This document shows, one piece after another, positions 11,049 through 21,659 of a stretch of 34,051 bases of DNA (position 1 is its first letter; each line of letters opens with the position of its first letter). Position numbers and translations under genes: made by a program. The stretch is taken from positions 1-34,051 of the forward strand of contig NW_021832032.1 in the NCBI RefSeq assembly GCF_006345805.1, given 5' to 3'. Source of the DNA: Octopus sinensis. Taxonomy: Eukaryota. The notes beneath the pieces were generated by a model, which was not told the origin of the DNA, did not search any database, and saw only the letters and a list, made by a program, of their open reading frames with translations.

Positions 11049-11085
11049 AACGTATATGTATATGTAAATATATATATACATATAT
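10787..11085. repeat. Higher-order minisatellite built from AT/ACAT tracts, 4 units
   Basis: Marker AAACGTATATGTATATGTAAATATATAT at 10807, 10891, 10976 and 11048. Confidence 0.85.
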
Positions 11086-11280
11086 GGTGGCTGTCCCCTC
11101 GTTATCGAGGATAGCCATTGCACGAAGCTTAATCAATGTTGTTATCGTGCAATGCCTGTGCAAGAAGATCCTTTTTTAAAGTGAGGAAAGGCTGTGCACT
11201 GAGTCAATCCCACTCACTAAGCAACAGCATATATATATATGGGGGGAGTATGTGTATATGTGTGTATATATATATACGTA

Positions 11281-11320
<40 letters not shown>

Positions 11321-11467
11321 CATACATACATGCACATACAGTATATACACAAACGTTATATAACGATATGTGTGTATGTGCGAATATACACGCGCATACA
11401 CCAATCCCATACAGTATTAACAAATATATATGAGACATAAAATTATTATCATAAAATGATGAACATA

Positions 11468-11468
11468 A

Positions 11469-11506
<38 letters not shown>

Positions 11507-11528
11507 CAACAACAATATAATAATAATG

Positions 11529-11567
<39 letters not shown>

Positions 11568-11599
11568 TAATAATAATATAATAATAATAATAATAATAA

Positions 11600-11660
<61 letters not shown>
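11468..11660. repeat. (AAT)n
   Basis: Direct inspection. Confidence 0.95.
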
Positions 11661-11662
<2 letters not shown>

Positions 11663-11974
11663 ATGATGATGATACTGATGATGATGAGGAGGAGGAGGAG
11701 AGGAGGAGGAAGAGGAGGAGGTCGACGACGACGACGATAATAATTAGCAAATAAAATGGTACGCCTAAGATAGGATATGGATAGGCTATGACGTAGCAGA
11801 TATGACAGTAATATAAGGATTTCTTATATTTTCCAACAGGGCAAAAGATTAGATAAAGTGTGGTGGTTTGCATTTAATGAAATGACGAAAACGGGGTACA
11901 TTTTAGGAAGTATACCCAGTATACGATGAAACAAAGAAGGGAAGCATGCATAATATGGTTTTGTTTTTGTTGTT

Positions 11975-12130
11975 GTTGCTTGTTCCTTTAGGAGCCATGC
12001 CTGGCTCATAAGAGCCAGTTTCTCGGTTTCATTGGCATATAAGTTCCCCACCTGGACGGGACGCCGGTGTGCCGCAGGTGAGCTGCAAGATGCAGGAGGA
12101 AAGAGTGAGAGAAAGTTGTGGCGAAAGAGT
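11975..12130. mobile_element. Fragment of a dispersed, probably SINE-type, repeat
   Basis: CCCCACCTGGACGGGACGCCGG..GCAGGTGAGCTGCAAGATGCAGGAGGAAAGAGTGAGAGAAAGTTGTGGCGAAAGAGTC recognised from memory as an abundant octopus repeat; not verified by search. Confidence 0.5.
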
Positions 12131-12705
12131 CATACCCTGAGGCTGTAACTGAAGGAGAAAATGTAACCATTCTGTAGGACTTTCCAGTACATACAGACCG
12201 AACCACCAAGGCCAATAAACCAGATATTGTTGTGAAAGACCAAAACAATAAAGTTTGCTTATTGATCGACATGAGCATCCCTTGTGATCATAATATCTCA
12301 GCGAAAGAGTTTGACAAGCTCAGAAAATATAAAGACCTACTCATTGAAATTGAGAAAATGTGGCATCTCAAGGCGGTTACAATACCAGTGATCGTAGGAG
12401 CACTAGCAATGATCAAGAAGGGAACCGAAAATTATATGAGAATGATCCCTGGCTTACCATCCCTGCAAGAAGTGCAAAAGATTGTCTTAACTGGTACATC
12501 ACACGTATTGAGAAGAGCATTATCGATGTGAGAACTGTTGCTGCTCATGTAATTTAATTTAACTTAAAAAAAAAAAAAAAAAATGAATGAACTATTGAGT
12601 TTGGTTTAATGGCCTACCAATGTATACTATGAGTTTCTTTGCCCTAGGAGTCGGGAAGACACTCGGCAAGAAATGGAAGCAAATTTGAAAGAAGAAAAAA
12701 AAGTA
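12131..12705 (+). mobile_element. 5'-truncated R4/Dong-like LINE 3' end (RLE domain, stop, 3' UTR)
   Basis: TIL*DFPVHTDRT.KANKPDIVVKDQNNKVCLLIDMSIPCDHNISAKEFDKLRKYKDL..MWHLKAVTIPVIVGAL..LQEVQKIVLTGTSHVLRRAL* (ORF 12232..12531). The UTR is followed by (TAA)n. Confidence 0.9.
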
Positions 12706-12841
12706 ATAATAATAATAATAATAATAATAATATAATAATAATAATAATAATAATGATATTTATATAATAATAATAATACTGATAATAATAATAATAATAT
12801 AATAATAATAATAATAATAATATATAATAATAATAATAATA
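12706..12841. repeat. (AAT)n
   Basis: Direct inspection. Confidence 0.95.
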
Positions 12842-13350
12842 AGGTCATGTGCTGTTTATCAATGTTTTGTCTTGGTATAAAAGATGGGCTACAGCAAATA
12901 TTCTGCTCAATACCACAGATTTGCTTGTCAATTGTTTGACCTTAACCAATTGAGCATGTCCCTTAGTGGCTGACGATATGTGCATCTCTGATCACGAGCA
13001 GAAGTAGTGGGGGAGCGTCATAGCCATGTGTTGAGAGGGATTCTTTGGGGTTTGAATAATTCTCCTTTGGAAACATGGGTGGTTCTTTCAACATCCTTAA
13101 ACAACCCTTATTCAAGGACCTTTTGAGCGGGTTGGGCTACTCAACCTGAAGAAAATTCTAACTGGGCCCCACCTGCAAGGTCATGTGCTTTTTATCTTGA
13201 TATGAGATCACCATGTCGCGCACATATGGTTGTGATGCATGTGCCTGGTGTACCCTTATCAGACGGGTAGTCATGATGGGTATATTGGGCTTCGTATATT
13301 TTACCACAGTGTCACTTTGATGGCATGAACTGCTCTCTCACTCAATAATA
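12841..13350 (+). repeat. Dispersed repeat of about 510 nt flanked by AAT tracts
   Basis: Part 12894-13163 has an inverted copy at 7321-7590. AAGGTCATGTGCT occurs at both 12841 and about 13178. Confidence 0.75.
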
Positions 13351-13657
13351 ATAATGATGATGATGATGATAATGGAGTTCTTGAAGCATGACCAGTAAAC
13401 AAGTATCACCTTAGTCTGCTGGCTGGAGACAGCTAGCATTTCCCGTTATACCCAGAAAAATATGCTGTGACTTTTCATATAATGATAATATTTATGATGA
13501 TGATGATGATGATGATGGTGGTGACGGCGGCGACGACGACGACGATGATGAGGATGATGATTTCATTAGCCACAGAGAACATCATTGGGACAGTGAACAA
13601 TTTGTAGGGAGATTTACATAAAAGATGAGGTACAGGAAATGGAAAAGACGGCGAAAT

Positions 13658-13957
13658 GCGATGTGGCTGTGTGGCAAGAAGCTTGCCTCCTAACTAATTG
13701 GTTCCAAGTTCAGTTCCACTGCATGGTGCCTTAGGCGACCGTGTTCTACTAAAGCCTCGTGTCAATCACAGCCTTGTAAGTAGATTTAATGGACGGACAT
13801 TGAAAGAAGTCTGTCATATGTGTGTTTGTGTTTGTCCCTCCACCACCACTACTTCACAAGCAGGCTTTAAAAAATACTGGGGTCAATTCCTTCGGCTACA
13901 GTTCTTCAAGGTAGTACCCCAGAATGGTTGCAGTCTACTGACTGAAACAGGTAAAAT
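13658..13957 (+). mobile_element. tRNA-derived SINE, near full length
   Basis: Degenerate A box (TGGCTGTGTGG) and B box (AGTTCAGTTCC), internal (TG) tract, 3' GACTGAAAC tail; homologous to 14216-14640 and 23355-23552. Confidence 0.75.
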
Positions 13958-14215
13958 ACCGTGTACAAAGTTTGTGATAACATTTGAATGATGCAGCCCT
14001 CCTGGTACAGAAGAAACTCAACTAGGGCCAATCAAAGGAACTCCACAGATCTAATATTACCCTGACCGCCAAAGGCATGGCTCTCTCCCAAATGTTGCTC
14101 TCCAATCTATGACGCATACTTATAGTAGGGCCATTTACTCTATTTTTGCTACAGTCCCCCATCTTTTCACAAATTCACCGGTAGAACTTACCTCTTCACC
14201 CTCACTTTCCTTTCA

Positions 14216-14640
14216 ATTTATTAGACTGCGGAATGAATCAACCACAGTCCTTTTTGTTATACCTGCCATTTAATTTATCGTTCTCTTTCGCTTGCAAAGT
14301 TACGGTGACGAAAGCACACCACACCGGTTGTCAAACTAGCGGGGACAAGCACAGACAAAACACATGCAAACACATACACACACATATATATATGTGTGTG
14401 TGTGTGCGTATTATGTATGTGTGTGTATGTATGTATGTATGTATGTATGTATGTATGCATGTATGTATTCCTGTATGTATGTGTACGACGGGCTTGTTTC
14501 ACTTTCACTCTACCAAATTGACTCAAAAAGTTCTGGCCTGCCCGAGGTTATAGTAGAAGACACTTGCCCAAGTTGCCAGGCAGTGGGACTGAACCCAGAA
14601 CCATGTGGTTGAGAAACAAGCTTCTTATCACACAGGCACG
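14216..14640 (-). mobile_element. tRNA-derived SINE with expanded internal (TG)/(TATG) tract
   Basis: The reverse complement of 14540-14640 gives the same head as 13658 (AAGAAGCTTG..GGGTTCAGTCCCACTGC..CTTCTACTATA.CCTCGG). Confidence 0.75.
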
Positions 14641-14771
14641 TACGTCTGCACCTTTTCTCTGTTATTGTAGCTCTTTGGTATTGATATCTATCATTCTTGC
14701 TCACCTGAGGGTGAGCTGTCCCGCCTGACTGACAACTTTCAGTGTTATCTAATACTTGTCGTCGAATATAG

Positions 14772-14897
14772 ATGGATGAATGATTAGATGGATAGATGGA
14801 TGGATGGATGGATGGATGGATAGATGGATGGATGGATGGATGGATGGATGGATGGATGGGTGGATGGATGGATGGATGGATGGGTGGACGGATGGAT
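14772..14897. repeat. (GGAT)n
   Basis: Direct inspection. Confidence 0.95.
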
Positions 14898-15931
14898 GTG
14901 TGTATTATGTACGTATGTTTTTGTGCATAGTCAGTCGCTAAATTTGCTAAGTTGTTACTCAGAATTTTTACTGAGTTAAGCACAGAAGTTATGTGGTTCC
15001 GAAACATTCACTCTATATTACGGAATTTTAAAAAGTGGCGAAAGATAATGAGTTTGTTGTTGCAATTGTAGGATTGGTTAAGGTTGATTGGACTAGTTGC
15101 AGCCTGCAGATGTATGGCCCTGCATTACACATTAATCCTGTGATAGTAAACTTGCACTTCGCAATAAGGAACTTGTATGAACGGATCTTGCAAGTGCAGT
15201 TATGAACAAATTTCCTGATGCCTATGACGACTTCATATCGTGTGAAGAGATCCTGATACATGCCTCGCGTGCGTGACAAATGTGTGAAAGTCTAAGTAAT
15301 CTTCTACTAAACACCAACACTGTTACGTGTAGTGTGTGTGGTTTGCCCCAGCCTGTGCCTGTACACAAACACGCGCGCACACACACACTTTCGCACGTGT
15401 ATGTGTGCGTGCGTGCGCTTGCGTAGCGTATATGTGTGTATATGTGCTTAGGCGCGTATATCAACACAACTTTTAATACGGTCGTTAAAAGACGCACATA
15501 ATTCTATGCATATACTTATGCGTGCGAGTGTTACACATGTACACACATACTTAGGACACTTAGTTTATTTTATTACATTTTATTTTCTTAAGATAATTTT
15601 TGGGAACTTTGATCTTATTTTTACAACACTGTCCTCGATAAAACATTATCAACACCATCATCATCATCGCCGTCGCCGTCGTCGTCTCCACGAACAACTG
15701 CAAGAACAATTACAACGATTAACCCCGCCACCACTCAGTACTAACACCAATACTCGCCGATTGACATTTCTAGTTAGGCCGCTTGACCTACAAGATATAG
15801 CAGCTCTGTTGAATTTGAGTTTGCGTCGGTATAATTTATTATGGATCAAATTATTAAAACTGTTAGAAATCAACCACTTGTTACGCAGTCGTTATAAGGC
15901 TAATATTCAATAACATCATTAAAGGATCGCC

Positions 15932-16110
15932 AAAGACGGCAAGCTGGCATTTCGTCCGTCTTTACGTTCTGAGTTCAAATTCCACCGAGGTCGACTTTGC
16001 CTTTCGTCCCCTCGGGGTCAATAAATTAAATATCTGTCGAGCACTGCGGTCGATGCCATTGACTACTACTCTCCCACAAAATTTCAGACCTTGTGCCTAT
16101 AGTAGAAAGT
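15932..16110 (+). mobile_element. SINE copy
   Basis: Same core as 7591-7706 and 16599-16822. Confidence 0.8.
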
Positions 16111-16598
16111 ATCATTGAAGGATTGCGCGAAACCTAGAGGAGCAGGAAATAAAATAAAAAAAACAAGGAAGTGGTGATAAAACAATAACTAAATTCCAAT
16201 ATATTAGCGAAAGAACTGACCTCAAGCACTGAAGAGAACATTTAATATAACAATAGCTTAAGTGGTGTCAATACTAAGGAAAGCAAAAGTATAAATAATA
16301 AAACGTTAGAAAAATCAGCCACAATAGACGGAAACACTTAAACTATAAATGAGCCAATGAAAAATTTCTCTACAAAGTTACTCGGCCAACAAAGAAATAG
16401 CAGTCAAATCTTCATTAGATCAAGTACTAATAAGAATACAGTTCAGAGTATATAGAACATAGCTTCTGGTACACCAAAAACAAAAATAGATTTGAATGAT
16501 CGAAGTTGAAATATTGACGAATCATATTTGCATTCTATGAGAGTTAACTTGGTAATGGGGCGGGCAAAACAGCAACTATTACTAGTACTATTACTACT

Positions 16599-16822
16599 AG
16601 AGCTGGCAGAAACGTTTGCACGCCGGGCGAAATGCTTAGCGGTATTTCGTCTGTCGCTACGTTCTGAGTTCAAATTTCGTCGAGATCGACTTTGCCTTTC
16701 ATCCTTTCGGGGTCGATAAATTAAGTACCAGTTACGCACTGGGGTCGATGTAATCGACTTAATCCGTTTGTCTGTCCTCGTTTGTCCCTTCTGTGTTTAA
16801 CCCTTGTGGGAAGTAAAGAAAT
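16599..16822 (+). mobile_element. SINE copy
   Basis: GAGCTGGCAGAAACG..GTTCTGAGTTCAAAT..GACTTTGCCTTTCATCCTTTCGGGGTCGATAAATTAAGTACCAG. Confidence 0.85.
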
Positions 16823-16823
16823 A

Positions 16824-16843
16824 TACTACTACTACTACGACTA

Positions 16844-16883
<40 letters not shown>

Positions 16884-16884
16884 C

Positions 16885-16916
<32 letters not shown>

Positions 16917-17097
16917 TACTGCTACTAATACAACAACGACTACTACTACTACTACTACAACTACTTCTACTACTACTACTGTTACTACTACTACTTCTAC
17001 TACTACTACTACAACTACTACTACTACAACTACTACTACTACTACTTCTTCTTCTACTACTACTACTACTACTACAACAACTACTACTAATACAACA

Positions 17098-17141
<44 letters not shown>

Positions 17142-17468
17142 TACTTCTACTACTACAACTACTACTACTACTACAACTACTACTACTACAACAACAACTA
17201 CTACTTCTACTACTTCTACTACTACTACTATACTACTTCTACTACTTCTACTACTACAACTACTACTACTACTTCTACTACTACTACTGCAGCTGCTACT
17301 ACTACTACTACTTCTACTGCTACTACTACTACTACTTCTACTACTACTACTACTTCTACTACTACTACTACTACTTCTACTACTACTACTACTACTTTTA
17401 TTACTACTACTACTACTTCTACTACTACTACTACTACTACTACAACTACGACTACTACTACTACAACA

Positions 17469-17509
<41 letters not shown>

Positions 17510-17528
17510 TACTACTACTTCTACTACA

Positions 17529-17563
<35 letters not shown>

Positions 17564-17706
17564 TACTACTTCAGCTGCTACTACTACTACTTCTACTACT
17601 ACTACTTCTACTACTACTACTACTACTATTTCTACTACTACTACTACTACTACTTCTACTACTACTACTACTACTACTACTGCTGCTACTACTACTACTA
17701 CTACTG

Positions 17707-17761
<55 letters not shown>
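16824..17761. repeat. Degenerate (ACT)n array of about 940 bp with GCT/TCT/ACA variants
   Basis: Direct inspection; starts immediately at the SINE 3' end. Confidence 0.95.
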
Positions 17762-18539
17762 AGATAATATCTGTGACAAAATAGAATAAAACTATGCCCT
17801 CAAAACAACACTTATTAAAAGAAAATCCAAACGCTGATACTAGCCGAATGATATCATAAATGCTTAGTAACCATATCAGTATCGTGGAAACTAGGTTTGT
17901 CATTCCTAGTTAACATACTTTTACTGAAATACCACTGAAACAATGCGAAAAAAATTACAATATATATATATAGGCATGAAGAGAAAATGTCTGTCTTTTT
18001 ATTTAACGCATTAAAATTAAGGCAAAAACAAACAAAAAAAAGCAGAGGAAAGAAAAAACAAAAAAATTCCAAAAGGAATAACAATTTAGAATAATTTATA
18101 ACAGAGTTACATTTGTGTGCGTGTGTGCATGGGTGTGTGTTTGTGTGTGTTTGTGTTTTTGTGTATATGTGTGTGTAAGAGAGGAAGAGAGATATGAGAT
18201 TGTATGAAGTGTAGCGAATTATAGAAATAACGAAATATGAAAGAGATCACGGAAACATGCAAGTTTAAGAGAGCACGTATGTGGAATTTGAACTCCTTAA
18301 ATGAGAGGAGAATTAGGGGAGATAAAAAAATTCAAGTGATAGAAATCTTTACAATACAATAGAACAACAACTTGAACAACAAATAAATAACAACAATAAG
18401 AGACGCAGCCGGAAGAGATACTAAGAACTAATAAATACAAACGTACACACACACACACACAAAGATACACACACGCATACACACAAATACACGCACACAT
18501 AAACAGATACACCCCCCACACACTGATATACTGATTTTG

Positions 18540-18621
18540 TACATATTTCTCTACTTATATGTATATGCATACATACACACACAGATATATGTATATACAT
18601 ATATATATATATATATTATAT

Positions 18622-18700
<79 letters not shown>

Positions 18701-18768
18701 ATATATATATACATATGTATGTATGTATGTATATATGATATGTATGTATGTATGTATGTATATATGAT
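18540..18768. repeat. (AT)n/(ATGT)n
   Basis: Direct inspection. Confidence 0.9.
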
Positions 18769-19346
18769 AGAGGGTGCTCGAACACCGGAGCTACCCTATT
18801 CAGTGATAACATGATATGATGGTTATTTTTCAAACGCCGTAAAGCAACGATTCTGAACCTTTTTTTTTTTTTTTATGTATGAACCCTTTTGATTACCATT
18901 TTACTCTGGTTGAGGCTCATAACCATTCCATGTTTGAAAACTAGCTTTACAGATACATCTTTCAAAATTCCTAAATTTTTTATTTATTTCACACACTCAC
19001 TGGTGTAGGAATGTGTGTGTGGAAGCATACATAAGGACAATTTGTTTCACTACCCAGAAACATATTAATCTATGTAAAACGTCAGAAAAAAAATGTAGCT
19101 GTTTCTTGCAATATGTACTTCTAAAGCAAAATTGTTTAAATTGACCCCTAAAATACTAACATGGATTGCCAACTTACTAATTTGCTTGCGTAGACCCTCA
19201 AACTGTTTATATGAACCTCCAGGCGTCATATTGAACTCGACTGAGGAGCACTGGCGTAGAGTGTAGGAATGTAGTTCAGAATTGTTTATTGACTCCTAAA
19301 ATTTGGTAAGTGCCGTGCAAACTTTGTGTGTGTGTGTGTGTGTGTA

Positions 19347-19660
19347 AGAGCGCGTGGCTTAGTGGTTAAGCTGTAGAGATTTCGGTTCACGACCGTAAGG
19401 TCGAGAATTCAATTCCCGGTTGCGCGTTGTCCCCTTGAGCAAGACACTTTACCTCACGTTCTTTCAGTCTACACAGCTGGCAGAAATGAGTTGTTTCTGT
19501 ATTTCAAGGTGCCACTGTCCCACTGAATCTCCCTCAGAACTACGTTATGATTACGCCTGTCTATTGTGTGCTCAGCCACTTGTACTTCAATTTCACGAGC
19601 AGGCTGTTTCGTTGATCAGATCAACTGGATCACTCATCATCATAACTGATGGAGTGTCAG
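19347..19660 (+). mobile_element. tRNA-derived SINE, second family
   Basis: A box TGGCTTAGTGG at 19355, B-box-like AATTCAATTCC at about 19406, CORE-like CCTTGAGCAAGACACTTTA; inverted relative at 26275-26564. Confidence 0.8.
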
Positions 19661-19708
19661 CTTACACATACACACGTACACGCACGCACGCACGCACGCA
19701 CGCACACA

Positions 19709-19775
<67 letters not shown>

Positions 19776-19776
<1 letters not shown>

Positions 19777-19941
19777 AAGAAAACAGAGAAAGGAGAAATA
19801 TTGATGAACAACAATTGACTTACATCAATTATTATTTAATAATTCAAAAGAAACAGGCTGGAATCCGGTCTATTTAATAAATATTAATTGATGTCAGTCA
19901 ATTGTTGTTCATCAATATTTCTCCTTTTTTCTGTTTTCTTT
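19776..19941. repeat. Foldback inverted repeat (arms about 60 bp, spacer about 40 nt)
   Basis: AAAGAAAACAGAGAAAGGAGAAATATTGATGAACAACAATTGACT.ACATCAATT ... AATTGATGTCAGTCAATTGTTGTTCATCAATATTTCTCCTTTTTTCTGTTTTCTTT. Confidence 0.9.
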
Positions 19942-20280
19942 ATGTTTTGATTCTTGATAAACTCATATTTATCTATGACTTTACTTTTAATTTATGAGCA
20001 TAATATGCTTGCATATGTATGCCCATGATTAGACATAGGTAATATACCGGTAGTATAATGGATACTTCTAACCCTTAGATAATTATTTTAACATCTAACT
20101 CAGCTATATTATATATATATATAATATATTATATATATATATATGCACGATGAGAGATTGTGTCAGCCTCATGAAGGAATGGTTTGTTCCAAGGAAATAC
20201 TGGTTCAATACCTAATATTTTCTAGGAATTACTTTCCTTAAAATAATAGGTATATCTCCATTTTCCTTTTCTCGTAGCAT

Positions 20281-20655
20281 ATATATCTTAATGACGAGAA
20301 ACGCAGTGGAGATTTTATACTTTTATTAATGAATTGCTACATATGTTTCGGCATGACATGTATTCTTATGGGACCAACCCTTCATATCCATAGGATATAT
20401 TAAATATTATTTGCAATATCCATGGAAGACCATTAATTCAACATACATAATTCTTCATGCAATTTTTGCATTAGTTTTTTGCCTGAAGAAGTATTCATGT
20501 GGAATTAATGGGATCCTATAATATATTTAATAATATCCTCTGGATATGGAAAATTGGTCCCATAAAAATACATGCCATGCCGAAACGTATGTATCAATGC
20601 GTTAATAAAAATGTAAAATCTCCACCCATGAAGTATTTCTCGTTATTGATATATT
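20281..20655. repeat. Long foldback palindrome (about 375 bp, short loop near 20465)
   Basis: Left arm ACGAGAAA..GTGGAGATTTTA..GTTTCGGCATGACATGTATTCTTATGGGACCAA..CCATTAATTCAACAT..TTCTTCATGCAA is the reverse complement of the right arm, about 80% identical by eye. Confidence 0.9.
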
Positions 20656-20872
20656 TAGTCTAAACTACATAGAGTCCCGTATACATAATACTCCCATACA
20701 GCTAACTCGACATGTTGGCAATAATATACTGTGGCCAGCGACAAGTAGCACAGGAGTTGTTATTAGTGCATTCGTAGACATTTCACATATACAAAATACA
20801 AAGATGTGGGTGTGTGTGTGTGTGTGTATTTGTGCGTGTGTAAATATATATATATGCATGTCTGAATATATG

Positions 20873-21164
20873 CAGGGTGACGATAAATTCTGGATACATG
20901 GCATATATCACTAATATTGCTTTAGAATGGGGTATACTGAACGAGAAGCTGTACATCTAAAATGACGCCTCATGAATGAATGTGCTCAAACTTATGGAAA
21001 TATAGAGTTACTGCATCAACTTCGTGTGCATCTCAGAAAGCACACTCAACTTTACATCTCTAACGGTAGAAACCTCGCGGAAAATGTTATTCATTAATGA
21101 AACAGAATAAAATTATTGAAAATAAGCATTTTCGCCTATGTATCCAAACTTTGCAACTACCCTG
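20873..21164. mobile_element. Non-autonomous Tc1/mariner element (292 bp)
   Basis: TIRs CAGGGTGACGATAAATTCTGGATACAT / ATGTATCCAAACTTTGCAACTACCCTG; right flank TA, left flank TG (mutated TA). Confidence 0.7.
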
Positions 21165-21278
21165 TATATATAAGATGCTATATTGCTTGTCATGTGATAT
21201 ATGAGCGATAAAATATTACAACCACTGATAACGTATTTTCATACGTGAAAAAGTAATCAAATAATTCAAGTTGCGCGT

Positions 21279-21318
<40 letters not shown>

Positions 21319-21659
21319 ACATTCATACAAACACATAAACAGACTCACAAATGCACAGTGACGCATACTGTTATATGAAAACAATTAGCCATGGGGGTGA
21401 AAATCAAGAAATAGTAGCTAAATCTCTCTTAAACCAGCAATACAGTCTTAAAAACGATGCATGTGATATGAAAGTGCATACAATGACGAAGAATAAAAAA
21501 ACGGGCCGGCTATGGTAGGGGTGCTTTTGTTCATAGTCTGCCCGACCATGGTTAAACCATATATACATACATATATACACGTATGTGTGCAAAGCGTGTA
21601 TATCATTTTGGGGTGTACGAGGTGTTTGGGTGAGCAAGTACATCTTACGGTGTTGCTCT

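Noticed and set aside
14700-14770. Strong minus-strand donor CAG|GTGAG
   Set aside because: The phase-1 frame has a stop 11 codons upstream and no FGF similarity.
15506-15913. 135-aa His/Arg/Gln-containing plus ORF
   Set aside because: Built from (CAT)/(CGT) simple repeats and AT-rich sequence; no recognisable domain or splice signals.
16804-17784. 326-aa poly-Thr/poly-Leu ORF and overlapping poly-Val/poly-Ser ORFs
   Set aside because: Translation of the (ACT)n array; GTG start from SINE sequence; no splice or coding signal.
19347-19420. tRNA-like A/B boxes here and at 13658, 14640 and 26564
   Set aside because: They do not fold into a cloverleaf and are followed by SINE bodies; they are SINE heads, not tRNA genes.
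20665-20790. Minus-strand AGHSILLPTCRVS, reminiscent of FGF beta-strands 2-3
   Set aside because: No LY motif, no DG, no donor.
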